In this document: positions 62,936-64,000 of the stretch, in pieces | How positions within the stretch are numbered: the stretch's first letter is position 1 | Layout: each line of letters starts with the position of its first letter | Assembly: GCF_963921235.1 (NCBI RefSeq) | Contig: NC_086097.1 | Location: 212,848,001 to 212,912,000 of the forward strand | DNA: 64,000 bases | DNA from: Mobula hypostoma | Lineage: Eukaryota | Reading direction: 5' to 3' | The notes under the pieces: model-generated | What the model was told of the DNA's origin: nothing | What the model saw: only the letters and a program-made list of their open reading frames with translations | Database searches by the model: none | Translations under genes and position numbers: made by a program

Positions 62936-63339
62936 CAGCTCCAACATGTCCAGGTGACTCTGACAGCAGCGTTATTTTTGGTCTAAGCATTCTGATCAAG
63001 ACAGGAAATACGCAAACTGCAAGTGCTGAGCTCAGAACACCCAGAGGCATTTTAACTCTGCAGATTCATTATTAAGAGTCCTAGGTCTGTAAGAATACAG
63101 AACAATTCTGCATAGTTGCTTCCTTCATTGGTGATTGCAATAGATGAGGTAAAGTGCAGCTCATTACATTTACACTTGTAATGGTGCAGTCAAATACATG
63201 GATTAGTCAAGTCCATTTAAAATAAATTTGGTGAGCATAGTGCCAATCCACCTTCAATTATTTCATGCCTTCTTTACTTAAGTAGCAGAGAAAGGAATGA
63301 CTGTGTTAAAATCAAATCATCAGAAAGAGGTGACATGGG

Positions 63340-64000
63340 GTCACATCTGCAAGGGTAAAAGGACCCTGATGGGAGTTAAATACAGACCTCCAAACAGTAG
63401 TAAGGATGTAGTCTACAAGTTACAATGGGAGATAGAAAATGGATGCCAAAAGAGCAATGTTACAATAGTCATGGGGGATTTTAATATGCAGGAAGATTAG
63501 GAAAACCAGATTGGCGCTGGATTCCAAGAGAAGGAATTTCTAAAATGCTTACAAAATGGCTTTGTAGACCAGATTGTAGTTGTGGATTAGGTGTTTTGCA
63601 ATGAACTAGAATTCATTAGAGAGCTGAAGGTAAAAGAATTTCAGGGGAAAGCGATAATAATATGGTCGAATTCACCCTGAAATATGAGAAGGCGAAACTA
63701 AAGTCAGATGTATCAGTATTACAGTGGAGTAAAGGGAACTACAGAAACATGAGAGAGGATTTGGCCAGAATTGATTGGAAAAGAACACTGGCAGGGATGA
63801 CAGCAGAACAGCAATAGCTGGAATTTCTGAAAGCAATTCGGAAGGCACAGGATATATACATCCCAAAGAGGAAGAAGATTTGTAAAGGCAAAATGACACA
63901 ACTGTGACTATAAAGAGAAGTCAAAGCCAACATAAAAGCCAAAGAGTGAGTATATAATAGAACAAAAATTAGTGGGAAGTTAGTGGATTGGGGAGCTGTG
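63340..64000 (+). mobile_element. CR1 endonuclease-region fragment running off the window
   Basis: TLMGVKYRPPNSS..IVMGDFNMQ; MREDLARIDW. Confidence 0.9.

Noticed and set aside
1..64000. CRISPR array or prokaryotic system
   Set aside because: There is no regular repeat-spacer array or operon-like gene density; the content is vertebrate TE-rich DNA.

Overview
This is a repeat-dense vertebrate window of intronic or intergenic DNA. The repeat set (several CR1 subfamilies, V-SINE, Penelope-like elements, Rex1/Babar, RTE, L1, L2, R4- and HERO-type fragments, Gypsy/solo LTRs, Tc1) suggests a cartilaginous fish, probably a ray; that is inference. No intact autonomous element and no nameable host gene is present, and almost all long ORFs are LINE ORF2 pieces or their antisense shadows. 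The main signal is a Penelope terminal-repeat (pLTR) module present in about 18 copies, each carrying a minimal hammerhead ribozyme motif (helix I-CUGANGA-helix II-GAAA-CG-UC-helix I). Several copies are 90-490 bp stand-alone insertions with 11-14 bp target-site duplications (TSDs); three are fold-backs, and several junctions fall at the same point in the ribozyme core. Other points: three candidate host exons, an RFX X-box cluster in a TE-free island, a 36-bp palindrome with three CATATG boxes, an old ~400-bp duplication that exposes an empty insertion site, and several multi-level nested insertions. All calls are by eye, and boundaries of decayed repeats are approximate.
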